A DNA stretch of 64,000 bases from Escherichia coli O127:H6 str. E2348/69. Its GTDB lineage: Bacteria > Pseudomonadota > Gammaproteobacteria > Enterobacterales > Enterobacteriaceae. The position numbers and the translations under genes were made by a program. This document shows positions 1 through 9,249 of this stretch, one piece after another. Where the stretch lies: NCBI RefSeq assembly GCF_000026545.1, contig NC_011601.1. One strand, 5' to 3'. Under the pieces are notes generated by a model. It saw nothing but the letters and a program-made list of their open reading frames with translations. It searched no databases and was not told the DNA's origin. Each line of letters starts with the position of its first letter. The first letter of the stretch is position 1.

Positions 1-13
1 AGGGAACAATCTC

Positions 14-901
14 ATGAAAACTGAACGAAAAAACGAGCATTACCTGGCGCTACAACAGGCGTTTGACGCGCCATGGCCTGGGCCTGTAGGAGAGTTAGTG
101 ATGCTGGAAAAAGGCAATATTCACCTGCAGATTTATCCGCATGATGGTGCCAGGATAACCTCGTTAAAGGCATTTGGTTCTGAAGTATTACGCCAATGGC
201 AGCCGCAGCGCAGAGCTTTTCAGTATAGCTGTTTCCCAATGGTGCCGTGGGCAGGGCGACTGGGGAATGCGACGCTGAATGCTGGTGGGCAATGTTATTC
301 TTTACCCGCCAATAAACCACCACATGCGTTGCATGGTATGGCTTGTTACTCAACGTGGGAAATCATCGACAAAACAGCAGATTCCCTGACTTTACGTATG
401 CCCCTGGCTTCACCGTGGCCCTGGCAAGGGGAAGTGATTCAGACTTTTTTGCTGGAGAACGATGCGCTGGTTTTGCAACTGGAAGTCCATTCATATGCCG
501 ATACATTCCCGGCCTCCGCAGGCTGGCATCCGTGGTTTGCGAAAAAGCTGACTCCGCAAAATACAGAATCGTTGCAGGTGCTTTTTGATGCGGACTGGCA
601 AGAAGAAGCGGGTAGTGATGAACTGCCAACTGGAAATCGTATCTCTCCTCAAGTTGGTCCCTGGGATGACTGTTTTGGTTTTTATGACGGGGTGAAGGTT
701 AAGTTACTGTGGCCTGGTAAACTCGCGATGACCATGACCTCTTCTGCAAACAGTCTGGTGGTATTTGATAAACAGCCCGATGCCACCTGTATTAACCCAC
801 TGACTCAGGCACCTAACGCAATAAATCTAACGCCGGAATTTGTGACACCAGATAAGCCGCTGGTCATCGAAACTCGTTGGCAATTTACACCTGAATCTTA
901 A
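14..901 (+). CDS. aldose 1-epimerase family protein (YihR-like)
   Basis: 295-aa ORF; motifs resembling the aldose-1-epimerase fold (FPMVPWAGRL, HALHGMACYSTWEI, AGWHPWF); AGGGA SD-like sequence just upstream of ATG at 14. Confidence 0.6.
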   Translation: MKTERKNEHYLALQQAFDAPWPGPVGELVMLEKGNIHLQIYPHDGARITSLKAFGSEVLRQWQPQRRAFQYSCFPMVPWAGRLGNATLNAGGQCYSLPANKPPHALHGMACYSTWEIIDKTADSLTLRMPLASPWPWQGEVIQTFLLENDALVLQLEVHSYADTFPASAGWHPWFAKKLTPQNTESLQVLFDADWQEEAGSDELPTGNRISPQVGPWDDCFGFYDGVKVKLLWPGKLAMTMTSSANSLVVFDKQPDATCINPLTQAPNAINLTPEFVTPDKPLVIETRWQFTPES

Positions 902-1041
902 CCATTCATCTATTGCGAAAAAGCCAGTGAAATTACTCTGCTTTTTCGCAATCAGCATCACAAGATTACCCTTATTGCCACATAGCCAAACCCATCCTTT
1001 CCCGCTACAGTTAATTTCTTGTGGCGCGAAAGGAGGCAAAA

Positions 1042-1641
1042 ATGCTCTATATCTTTGATTTAGGTAATGTGATTGTCGATATCGACTTTAACCGTGTGCT
1101 GGGGGCCTGGAGCGATTTAACGCGTGTTCCACTGGCTACGCTTAAGAAGAGTTTCCACATGGGCGAGGCGTTTCATCAGCATGAGCGTGGGGAAATTAGC
1201 GACGAAGCGTTCGCAGAGGCACTGTGTCATGAGATGGCCCTGCCGCTAAGCTATGAGCAGTTCTCCCACGGTTGGCAGGCGGTATTTGTTGCGCTACGAC
1301 CGGAAGTGATCGCCATCATGCATAAACTGCGTGAGCAGGGGCATCGCGTGGTGGTGCTTTCCAATACTAACCGCCTGCATACTACCTTCTGGCCGGAGGA
1401 ATACCCGGAAATCCGTGATGCTGCTGACCATATCTATCTGTCGCAAGACTTGGGTATGCGCAAACCTGAAGCACGAATTTATCAGCATGTTTTGCAGGCA
1501 GAAGGTTTTTCACCAGACGATACGGTCTTTTTCGACGATAACGCCGATAATATAGAAGGAGCTAATCGGCTAGGCATTACTAGTATTCTGGTGAAAGATA
1601 AAACCACCATCCCGGACTATTTCGCGAAGGTGTTATGCTAA
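1042..1641 (+). CDS. yihX: alpha-D-glucose-1-phosphate phosphatase, HAD family
   Basis: 199 aa from ATG 1042, preceded by AGGAGG at 1031-1036; N-terminus [10 protein letters not shown](I)VDID is the HAD motif I; the track ORF begins at an upstream GTG. Confidence 0.9.
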   Translation: MLYIFDLGNVIVDIDFNRVLGAWSDLTRVPLATLKKSFHMGEAFHQHERGEISDEAFAEALCHEMALPLSYEQFSHGWQAVFVALRPEVIAIMHKLREQGHRVVVLSNTNRLHTTFWPEEYPEIRDAADHIYLSQDLGMRKPEARIYQHVLQAEGFSPDDTVFFDDNADNIEGANRLGITSILVKDKTTIPDYFAKVLC

Positions 1642-2507
1642 AAACCATTCAGGACAAAGCCAAGCATCGTACCCGTCCACTATGGGCCTGGCTAAAACTA
1701 CTCTGGCAACGCATTGATGAGGACAACATGACAACCCTGGCAGGTAACCTTGCCTATGTGTCGTTGCTCTCATTAGTGCCGCTGGTTGCCGTTGTTTTTG
1801 CGCTTTTCGCCGCTTTTCCCATGTTTTCCGACGTCAGCATTCAGTTGCGTCACTTTATTTTTGCCAACTTTCTGCCTGCTACTGGCGATGTTATCCAGCG
1901 ATATATCGAACAGTTTGTCGCCAATTCCAACAAAATGACCGCCGTCGGGGCGTGCGGGCTGATCGTCACGGCGTTATTGTTGATGTACTCCATCGATAGC
2001 GCGTTGAATACCATCTGGCGCAGTAAACGAGCGCGACCCAAAATTTACTCGTTTGCCGTGTACTGGATGATTTTAACGCTGGGGCCGCTGTTGGCAGGGG
2101 CCAGTCTGGCGATCAGCTCCTATCTGCTCTCTCTGCGCTGGGCGAGCGATCTCAATACTGTCATCGATAATGTGTTGCGTATTTTTCCGCTGCTGTTGTC
2201 GTGGATCTCTTTCTGGCTGCTGTACAGCATCGTTCCTACCATCCGTGTACCTAACCGCGACGCGATTGTCGGCGCGTTTGTCGCCGCGCTCCTGTTCGAA
2301 GCAGGAAAGAAAGGTTTCGCGCTTTATATCACCATGTTCCCATCATATCAGCTCATTTACGGTGTGCTGGCGGTGATCCCCATTCTCTTTGTTTGGGTCT
2401 ACTGGACATGGTGTATCGTCTTGCTTGGCGCGGAAATTACTGTCACTCTCGGGGAATACCGCAAATTAAAACAAGCTGCTGAACAAGAAGAAGACGACGA
2501 ACCATGA
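1635..2507 (+). CDS. yihY: YihY/virulence factor BrkB family inner membrane protein
   Basis: 290 aa, multiple hydrophobic segments; overlaps the yihX stop; matches K-12 gene order and size. Confidence 0.9.
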
Positions 2508-2941
2508 TTGCATTAATTCAACGCGTAACCCGTGCCAGCGTCACCGTGGAGGGAGAAGTGACGGGTGAAATTGGCGCGGGACTTTTGGTGTTATTGGGTG
2601 TCGAAAAGGATGACGACGAACAGAAAGCAAACCGTCTGTGCGAGCGTGTGCTCGGCTACCGCATCTTTAGCGATGCCGAAGGCAAGATGAATCTCAACGT
2701 GCAACAGGCGGGCGGCAGTGTACTGGTGGTTTCCCAGTTTACCCTTGCCGCAGATACCGAACGGGGGATGCGCCCAAGTTTCTCCAAAGGCGCATCACCG
2801 GATCGCGCAGAGGCGTTATATGACTATTTCGTCGAACGCTGCCGTCAGCAAGAGATGAACACGCAAACAGGACGCTTCGCTGCGGATATGCAGGTATCGC
2901 TGGTCAATGATGGCCCCGTGACATTCTGGTTGCAGGTATGA
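2504..2941 (+). CDS. dtd: D-aminoacyl-tRNA deacylase
   Basis: 145 aa, N-terminus MIALIQRV; 4-bp overlap with yihY. Confidence 0.93.
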
Positions 2942-3927
2942 GCCAGCTTCCAGGGTTGTCACGGGAAACAAGAGAGAGTATCGCTATGTATCACCTTCGG
3001 GTTCCACAAACAGAAGAAGAATTAGAGCGTTACTATCAGTTTCGCTGGGAAATGTTGCGTAAGCCCCTGCATCAACCAAAAGGTTCGGAACGCGACGCGT
3101 GGGATGCGATGGCGCATCACCAGATGGTCGTCGACGAGCAGGGTAATCTGGTAGCGGTAGGCCGACTGTATATTAATGCCGACAATGAAGCGTCCATTCG
3201 CTTTATGGCCGTTCATCCCGACGTGCAGGACAAAGGGTTAGGCACGCTGATGGCGATGACCCTGGAGTCGGTGGCACGTCAGGAAGGCGTTAAGCGCGTG
3301 ACCTGTAGCGCCCGTGAAGACGCGGTGGAGTTTTTCGCCAAGCTGGGGTTTGTTAATCAGGGAGAAATCACCACGCCAACCACCACGCCGATTCGCCATT
3401 TTTTGATGATTAAACCCGTCGCCACTCTGGATGATATTCTTCATCGCGGCGACTGGTGCGCCCAGCTCCAGCAAGCGTGGTATGAACATATCCCGTTAAG
3501 CGAAAAAATGGGTGTGCGCATTCAGCAATATACCGGGCAAAAATTTATCACCACCATGCCGGAAACCGGCAATCAGAATCCGCATCACACGCTGTTTGCC
3601 GGGAGTTTATTCTCGCTGGCTACGCTCACCGGTTGGGGGCTTATCTGGCTGATGCTGCGCGAACGCCACCTCGGCGGAACGATTATTCTGGCGGATGCGC
3701 ATATCCGCTATAGCAAACCGATTAGCGGTAAACCCCATGCGGTAGCCGACCTTGGTGCCTTAAGTGGCGATCTCGACCGTCTGGCGCGCGGACGAAAAGC
3801 GCGGGTACAAATGCAGGTCGAAATCTTTGGCGACGAGACGCCGGGTGCAGTGTTTGAAGGCACGTATATCGTTCTGCCCGCGAAGCCATTTGGCCCGTAT
3901 GAAGAGGGCGGGAACGAAGAAGAGTAG
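2938..3927 (+). CDS. yiiD: bifunctional GNAT acetyltransferase/thioesterase-domain protein
   Basis: 329 aa; size and position after dtd as in K-12. Confidence 0.88.
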
Positions 3928-3944
3928 GGGCGTTTTACTTGACT

Positions 3945-3973
3945 GAAAAGGTTTTCAATCTGAAAACCTTTTC
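3945..3973 (+). terminator. perfect 12-bp stem hairpin (GAAAAGGTTTTC-loop-GAAAACCTTTTC) after yiiD
   Basis: inverted repeat read directly; lies between yiiD (+) and the convergent esterase gene (-). Confidence 0.6.
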
Positions 3974-3990
3974 TGGGCCCTGGTCCGGAG

Positions 3991-4941
3991 TTACCTTCCC
4001 GCTCTCCAGGCAACATCCCGTAGCGCCGATCGCGCAGCCTCACTGATACCACCTAACTGAAAAAATCCGTGGATAACGCCAAGGTAGCGTTGGCAGGTGC
4101 ATTGCACTCCTTGCCCTGTCATGCGGTGATACAACGCTTCACCTTCATCGCAAAGTGGGTCGTATTCAGCGGTAATGATATGTACAGGTGGCAATCCATT
4201 GAAATCATTGCGCCAAATAGGGCTGGCTTCAGGATGCCTGCGTTCAATGCCTGGCAGGTACATCTCAAAGCCGCTCAGTAAAGTGTCGCGTGTGATGATG
4301 TAATCGTGACCATTGCGTATGTAGCTTTCGAAATGCGCAGTCGCATCAAGCATAGGATAAATTAAGATGAGTTGTGCTGGTTGCCACTCGCCAGCACGCT
4401 TCAATCGCAAAGCAGTTACCTGCGCCAGATGCCCTCCCGCACTGTCACCGGCAAGAGTTATTCGTTGTTTATCAACGCCGAGTCGTTCGGCGTGTTGCCG
4501 GACTAATTCTGCACCTCGTTGTGCATCATCATGGGCGGCGGGGAAAGTATGTTCCGGTGCCAGCCGATACTGGACGGCAATAATCCGACATTGCCCGTAA
4601 TAGGCTAACTGGCGCAGCTGGTTGTCGTGAGTTGCGAACCCGCCGCTAACAAAACAGCCACCGTAGTAATAAATTATCGTCGGGAGTAATGTCGGGGCAT
4701 TCAGCGGTGACACTATTCGTAAGGTCATCCCTTCAAGTTCGATAGTCTGAATATCTACCCGCGTTTCTGTCTCACCCGCAAGGACAGCGCTGGCGATATA
4801 GCCCTCTCTGCGCTGCGTAATACTTTGTTGGCGCGATGAGGGGCGACCCGCAGCGATAAACTCTTCGACTAACTCTGCAATTCCTTTTTCCAGTGCCATA
4901 GTAGAACTCATTTTGCTGTATGAATGTACAGTTTTATACAC
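3991..4941 (-). CDS. alpha/beta-hydrolase fold esterase/lipase (Aes/HSL-family-like)
   Basis: GDSAGG nucleophile-elbow motif and YGGCF oxyanion-hole-like motif; true start uncertain (candidates at M1, M11, M15 of the track ORF); not expected at this position from K-12 order. Confidence 0.7.
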   Translation of the reverse strand: MYKTVHSYSKMSSTMALEKGIAELVEEFIAAGRPSSRQQSITQRREGYIASAVLAGETETRVDIQTIELEGMTLRIVSPLNAPTLLPTIIYYYGGCFVSGGFATHDNQLRQLAYYGQCRIIAVQYRLAPEHTFPAAHDDAQRGAELVRQHAERLGVDKQRITLAGDSAGGHLAQVTALRLKRAGEWQPAQLILIYPMLDATAHFESYIRNGHDYIITRDTLLSGFEMYLPGIERRHPEASPIWRNDFNGLPPVHIITAEYDPLCDEGEALYHRMTGQGVQCTCQRYLGVIHGFFQLGGISEAARSALRDVAWRAGR

Positions 4942-5073
4942 CCGTTTTTACTGGATGGATACAGGGAAATTCACGGGCGTGAAAAATCTGGAAAGCGCCT
5001 CGCAAATGTAAAGACAAACCCGGCAGAGACGTGGTTTTGCTGGAGCACTATCAGTAAGCTAGTGGTTTCAAGG

Positions 5074-5090
5074 GTACGTCAATGACGTAC
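5074..5090. promoter_or_regulatory. perfect palindrome GTACGTCA-A-TGACGTAC upstream of the toxin-antitoxin pair; putative antitoxin operator
   Basis: 8-bp inverted arms read directly, about 40 bp upstream of the higB-like ATG; a TATAAT hexamer also sits at 5121-5126. Confidence 0.4.
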
Positions 5091-5127
5091 AAAAAGGATT
5101 GTTACTCTAAGCCAATGGCGTATAATT

Positions 5128-5439
5128 ATGCTCTTCATCGAAACGGAAATTTTTACTGAAGATGTTCAAAAACTGCTGACCGACGATGAATTCAGTCGTT
5201 TTCAGTTTTTCCTGGCCTTGAATCCTGACTATGGTGAGGTAATACCTGAAACTGGTGGGTTAAGAAAGGTTCGATGGGTGTCAGGAGGAAAGGGGAAACG
5301 TGCTGGTGTCAGGGTTATTTACTTTCATCAGGTTAAACATTATGAGATCAGATTACTGCTTATTTATCGTAAGGGTATTAAAGATGATCTGTCTCCCCAG
5401 GAAAAAGCAATGCTCCGGTTGTTAAATACGAGGTGGTAA
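5128..5439 (+). CDS. RelE/HigB-superfamily toxin (type II TA)
   Basis: 103 aa, basic, toxin-first order, stop abuts the antitoxin ATG; sequence style typical of HigB-like addiction-module killers. Confidence 0.7.
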   Translation: MLFIETEIFTEDVQKLLTDDEFSRFQFFLALNPDYGEVIPETGGLRKVRWVSGGKGKRAGVRVIYFHQVKHYEIRLLLIYRKGIKDDLSPQEKAMLRLLNTRW

Positions 5440-5730
5440 ATGGATAAGGCACTTTTTGAGCGGTTGACTCACAGCATGGCCCAGATGAATGAAATTATTG
5501 AAGGAACGCGACAGCCTTCGCGGACTTTTGAAGTTGATGCTATGAAAATCAAAGAAATACGCCGCGCTTCAGGGTTGTCACAATCTAAATTTGCCGATCT
5601 TATTTCTGTAAGCGTAGACACGTTGCGTAACTGGGAGCAGGGGCGACGTTCACCGACCGGGCCTGCAAAGGCTTTGCTGCGAGCGATTGCCAATGATCCG
5701 CAACATGTGCTGCAAGCACTTAACCGTTAG
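5440..5730 (+). CDS. XRE-family HTH antitoxin (HigA-like)
   Basis: 96 aa; HTH signature SGLSQSKFADLISVSVDTLRNWEQGRR; ATG immediately after the toxin TAA with GAGGTGG SD inside the toxin 3' end. Confidence 0.7.
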   Translation: MDKALFERLTHSMAQMNEIIEGTRQPSRTFEVDAMKIKEIRRASGLSQSKFADLISVSVDTLRNWEQGRRSPTGPAKALLRAIANDPQHVLQALNR

Positions 5731-6198
5731 AGGCATGGTTATGCCATACAGAAAGCACCAGCATTCAGAACTCCTGTGAAAGCGGCGTAGTGCCACCTGC
5801 TCAGGAGTTTTGCTATGACCCGTAATCGTGCTGACCGTTGCCACCCTATGATGCGATTAAAAAAACTCATCGTCGCGCCGATGATTGACGTCAATGCTAT
5901 CGGATGATGTCAGGGGTGTTCCGGAAGGAATTCCTTGTTTCCCGAACTGTTACCAACAAAATTATAACGATGAGCAAGTTAAGACCGGTTGGTAGCAGTA
6001 CTGACCGGTCTGTGATGGATGATTAATTTCACCTTAAATCCGGGTGCTGTTAGGATGCTGACATTTTTCGGCTACACCATTCAGATTATGCAATTAAAGA
6101 TCCAATCAAAAAATAAACATCCCTGTATATAATATATTCATAGCACCTATAATTCATTTTGGGCGATAACTAAACCATTTTTGAGTAACAAATGAAAC

Positions 6199-6242
6199 AA
6201 CTGCAACGGACTTATTATTTCTGGAAAACGTCTCGCAAAAAC
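6199..6242. repeat. copy 1 of a ~45-bp motif (AACTGCAAC...TCTGGAAAACGYCTCGCRAAA) upstream of yiiE
   Basis: direct comparison with the second copy at 6647-6691, roughly 75 percent identical by eye. Confidence 0.5.
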
Positions 6243-6334
6243 AAAACAATATGAAAAAATCCGCTTTCGTTAATTAACTTTCCGGCGTAATTTTCGCACA
6301 TACATTAATGAGTAATATATGTAAGGTGGTGGTA

Positions 6335-6553
6335 ATGGCGATGAATACGGTTTTTCTTCATTTATCAGAAGAGGCAATTAAACGGCTGAACAAGCTTCGG
6401 GGATGGCGTAAGGTTTCGCGCTCTGCAATTTTACGCGAAGCGGTAGAGCAATATCTGGAGCGGCAGCAATTTCCGGTGCGTAAGGCAAAAGGCGGCAGGC
6501 AAAGGGACGAGGCAGTTGGTGTTGAAGAACTATGTAAGCAGCATAAGGAATGA
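6335..6553 (+). CDS. yiiE: ribbon-helix-helix (CopG/MetJ-like) small regulator
   Basis: 72 aa from MAMNTVFLHLSEEAIKRL; position between yiiD and fdhE; symbol could equally be the paralog yiiF. Confidence 0.6.
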   Translation: MAMNTVFLHLSEEAIKRLNKLRGWRKVSRSAILREAVEQYLERQQFPVRKAKGGRQRDEAVGVEELCKQHKE

Positions 6554-6646
6554 CAAAAAGATTTTTTCATTCTTGAATATAAAAACAAAAAACCAGATGA
6601 CCTTATTCTGGTATTAATACAAGGTTGTTTTACTTGAACTTATAAT

Positions 6647-6691
6647 AACTGCAACTGTTACATCATATCTGGAAAACGCCTCGCGAAATAC
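6647..6691. repeat. copy 2 of the ~45-bp motif, downstream of yiiE with no ORF following
   Basis: see copy 1; nothing of at least 60 aa lies between it and the fdhE stop. Confidence 0.5.
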
Positions 6692-6776
6692 GAGAGATTT
6701 TGCGGGAATAGCAGGTGTCGTCACACCCTATGAGCTGTAATCCGGGCGACCAGCGCCACCCGGAAAACGTCAGAGA

Positions 6777-7706
6777 TTACTCCCCTTCACCCGGAAACAG
6801 GAACGGGTTAATGGAACTACGGGCATAGCCTTCTTGCTCCATTCGCGCGTCCAGTACCAGAGAGGCGAGGTCATCTGCCACGGCTTCAACTTTCGGTTCT
6901 TTTTCCTGATAAAGAATCTTCAGGTAAGTGCCGCAGTCATCGCAGCTTTCGGCTTTAATCGCGGCCTGTTCGTCATCCAGCGACCAGTAATGCAGTTTGC
7001 CGCTCTGTTCACAGTTGCTGCATTTTACGCGCACTACGTGCCATTCAGTTTCACACAGGTTGCAGCGCAGGTAACGCAGACCCTGAGTGGTGCCAATTTG
7101 CACCATGCTGGACACCGGCATAGAGCCACATACCGGGCAATATTGACGTTGTTCGCCGTATTCAGCGCGGGCTTTGCCGGGGATCAGATTAGCCATCTGC
7201 GCCCAGTAGAGCGACAGCGCAGCCCAGATAAACGGCGCTTTATCGCTGCTGACGGACGAGAAATCAGAGGCAAACAGCGCGCTGGCCATATCTTCCAGCT
7301 CCTGAGTCGATGCCTTCTCCAGATTCTCAATCACTGCCAGCGCCGGGCCGCTCATTTCAGGTTTCAGCTCAGCAATTAGCGCCATCAGCAGCTTTTGCCA
7401 GTGCTTATCACGCGGCAGAACGTGAATATCCAGCGGGGGCTTGCCCTGTGCGCTGGCTTCTTTAATGCGCGCGGTCAGATCCATCTCCAGCGGATGGTCG
7501 TACAGCACCACTTCCTGGGCGTGGGCGATAAGCGCAGCAAAGCGCAGGTAATCACCCAGCGGATTATTTTCTGCCAGCTCGCGCAGACGCTCGGCGCGGC
7601 GGTTGTATAAATTCTTGAGCCGAGGGAACAATAACGGCGGAATCATATCCGCCGTACGTTTCTCGCTCGAACCCAGCTCATCTTGCGGGATTATGCGAAT
7701 ACTCAT
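6777..7706 (-). CDS. fdhE: formate dehydrogenase accessory protein FdhE
   Basis: 309 aa; CxxC pairs; K-12 order. Confidence 0.93.
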   Translation of the reverse strand: MSIRIIPQDELGSSEKRTADMIPPLLFPRLKNLYNRRAERLRELAENNPLGDYLRFAALIAHAQEVVLYDHPLEMDLTARIKEASAQGKPPLDIHVLPRDKHWQKLLMALIAELKPEMSGPALAVIENLEKASTQELEDMASALFASDFSSVSSDKAPFIWAALSLYWAQMANLIPGKARAEYGEQRQYCPVCGSMPVSSMVQIGTTQGLRYLRCNLCETEWHVVRVKCSNCEQSGKLHYWSLDDEQAAIKAESCDDCGTYLKILYQEKEPKVEAVADDLASLVLDARMEQEGYARSSINPFLFPGEGE

Positions 7707-8338
7707 TCAGCTTTCTTTTCCGTTGTCTTGCGGACCTCACGGTACCAGCGCGGGTGATGTTTCTTTGCCCAGGCGCTGGTCACCCATCCTTCCACCATGG
7801 CGGTAATCGTGCCTTTCACCCAAAGGGCGGCGTAGATATGCACCATGATAACCACAATTAACGCCACTGCGGCAAATGAATGCAGCATTAACGCGAATCG
7901 GATCACCGGGATTGAGAAAGCAGGCGCAAAATAAGGACGCCAGATAATCACGCCGCTCACCAGCAGCAGAACCAGGAAAATAATCGCCGCCCAGAAAACG
8001 CATTTCTGACCGAAGTTATAACGCCCGGTGTCACCTACTTCCTCGTTGACGACGATCTTACGAATATTCTTCGCCCAAAAGATATCATCCCGATTGATTA
8101 GGTTGTGATGCCAGTAACGGAAAAACATGATGATGAACGAGGCAAACATAACCACGCCGACAAACGGGTGCAGAATGCGCGCCAGCTGCGGTGTGCCCAT
8201 GATTTGCATCAACCAGTTGAAGGACGGGAACAAAAAGCCCAGCCCGCTCACCGCCGCCAGGATGAAGCAGAAGGCGGTGATCCAGTGGTTGATACGTTCC
8301 GGCGCGGTGTAGCGCACGATGGTGTCACGTCGTTTCAT
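7703..8338 (-). CDS. fdoI: formate dehydrogenase-O cytochrome b556 subunit
   Basis: 211 aa, four hydrophobic helices, overlaps fdhE and fdoH. Confidence 0.93.
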   Translation of the reverse strand: MKRRDTIVRYTAPERINHWITAFCFILAAVSGLGFLFPSFNWLMQIMGTPQLARILHPFVGVVMFASFIIMFFRYWHHNLINRDDIFWAKNIRKIVVNEEVGDTGRYNFGQKCVFWAAIIFLVLLLVSGVIIWRPYFAPAFSIPVIRFALMLHSFAAVALIVVIMVHIYAALWVKGTITAMVEGWVTSAWAKKHHPRWYREVRKTTEKKAE

Positions 8339-9237
8339 TTGCGCTCCTCGTCTTTCTCTTCGTGCAGATTATTCTCTTCCTCATCCGCACGGTTCGGACC
8401 GACACCCACGTAGTGGAAGATACTGGCTGCGAAGGTAGCCGCAAAGCCAACAGCTGCGAGCGGTTTCCAGATGCCTTTCCAGAATTTCACGGTTTCGCTG
8501 ATTTCCGGGTTCTCCGGCAAGCCATGATACAGATTTGGCTTGTCAGCATGGTGCAGCACGTACATAACATGTGTACCACCGACGCCTGCCGGGTCGTACA
8601 AACCCGCATTGTCGTAACCACGGGTTTTCAGCTCCGCCACGCGCTCGCTCGCCAGCGTTTTCATCGACTCTTTCGTACCGAAGTGAATCGCGCCCGTTGG
8701 GCAGGTCTTCACGCAGGCCGGTTCTTGCCCAACCACCACGCGGTCAACGCACAGCGTACATTTGTAGACGCGGTTGTCTTCCGGGTTGAGGCGCGGAATG
8801 TCGAACGGACAGCCCGCAATGCAATAACCGCAGCCGATGCACTGCTCGGACTGGAAGTCGACGATACCGTTGGAATACTGAATAATTGCCCCTTCCGCCG
8901 GGCACGCTTTCAGGCAGCCTGGATCGGAACAGTGCATACAGCCGTCTTTGCGGATCAGCCATTCCAGTTTGTCGTTCTGCTCCACTTCCGAGAATCGCAT
9001 CACCGTCCACGATTTGGCACTTAAATCATTGGGGTTGTCGTACACCCCAATGTTATTGCCGACGGTATCGCGAATGTCGTTCCACTCTGAACACGCCACC
9101 TGACAGGCTTTACAGCCGATACAGGTGGTAACGTCGATGAGTTTCGCCACTTCTTCCTGGAAGTCCCGCGCCTGAGGCGCGGGGGTCAGACCGTTAGTCG
9201 CGGAACGACGAATGATATCTTGCGATTGATAAGCCAT
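8335..9237 (-). CDS. fdoH: formate dehydrogenase-O iron-sulfur subunit
   Basis: 300 aa, multiple CxxCxxCxxxCP ferredoxin motifs, C-terminal TM helix. Confidence 0.93.
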   Translation of the reverse strand: MAYQSQDIIRRSATNGLTPAPQARDFQEEVAKLIDVTTCIGCKACQVACSEWNDIRDTVGNNIGVYDNPNDLSAKSWTVMRFSEVEQNDKLEWLIRKDGCMHCSDPGCLKACPAEGAIIQYSNGIVDFQSEQCIGCGYCIAGCPFDIPRLNPEDNRVYKCTLCVDRVVVGQEPACVKTCPTGAIHFGTKESMKTLASERVAELKTRGYDNAGLYDPAGVGGTHVMYVLHHADKPNLYHGLPENPEISETVKFWKGIWKPLAAVGFAATFAASIFHYVGVGPNRADEEENNLHEEKDEERK

Positions 9238-9249
9238 ATGTCGTCTCCG

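Noticed and set aside
6834-7379. 181-aa plus-strand ORF inside fdhE
   Set aside because: Antisense shadow ORF entirely within a well-supported gene; no independent support.
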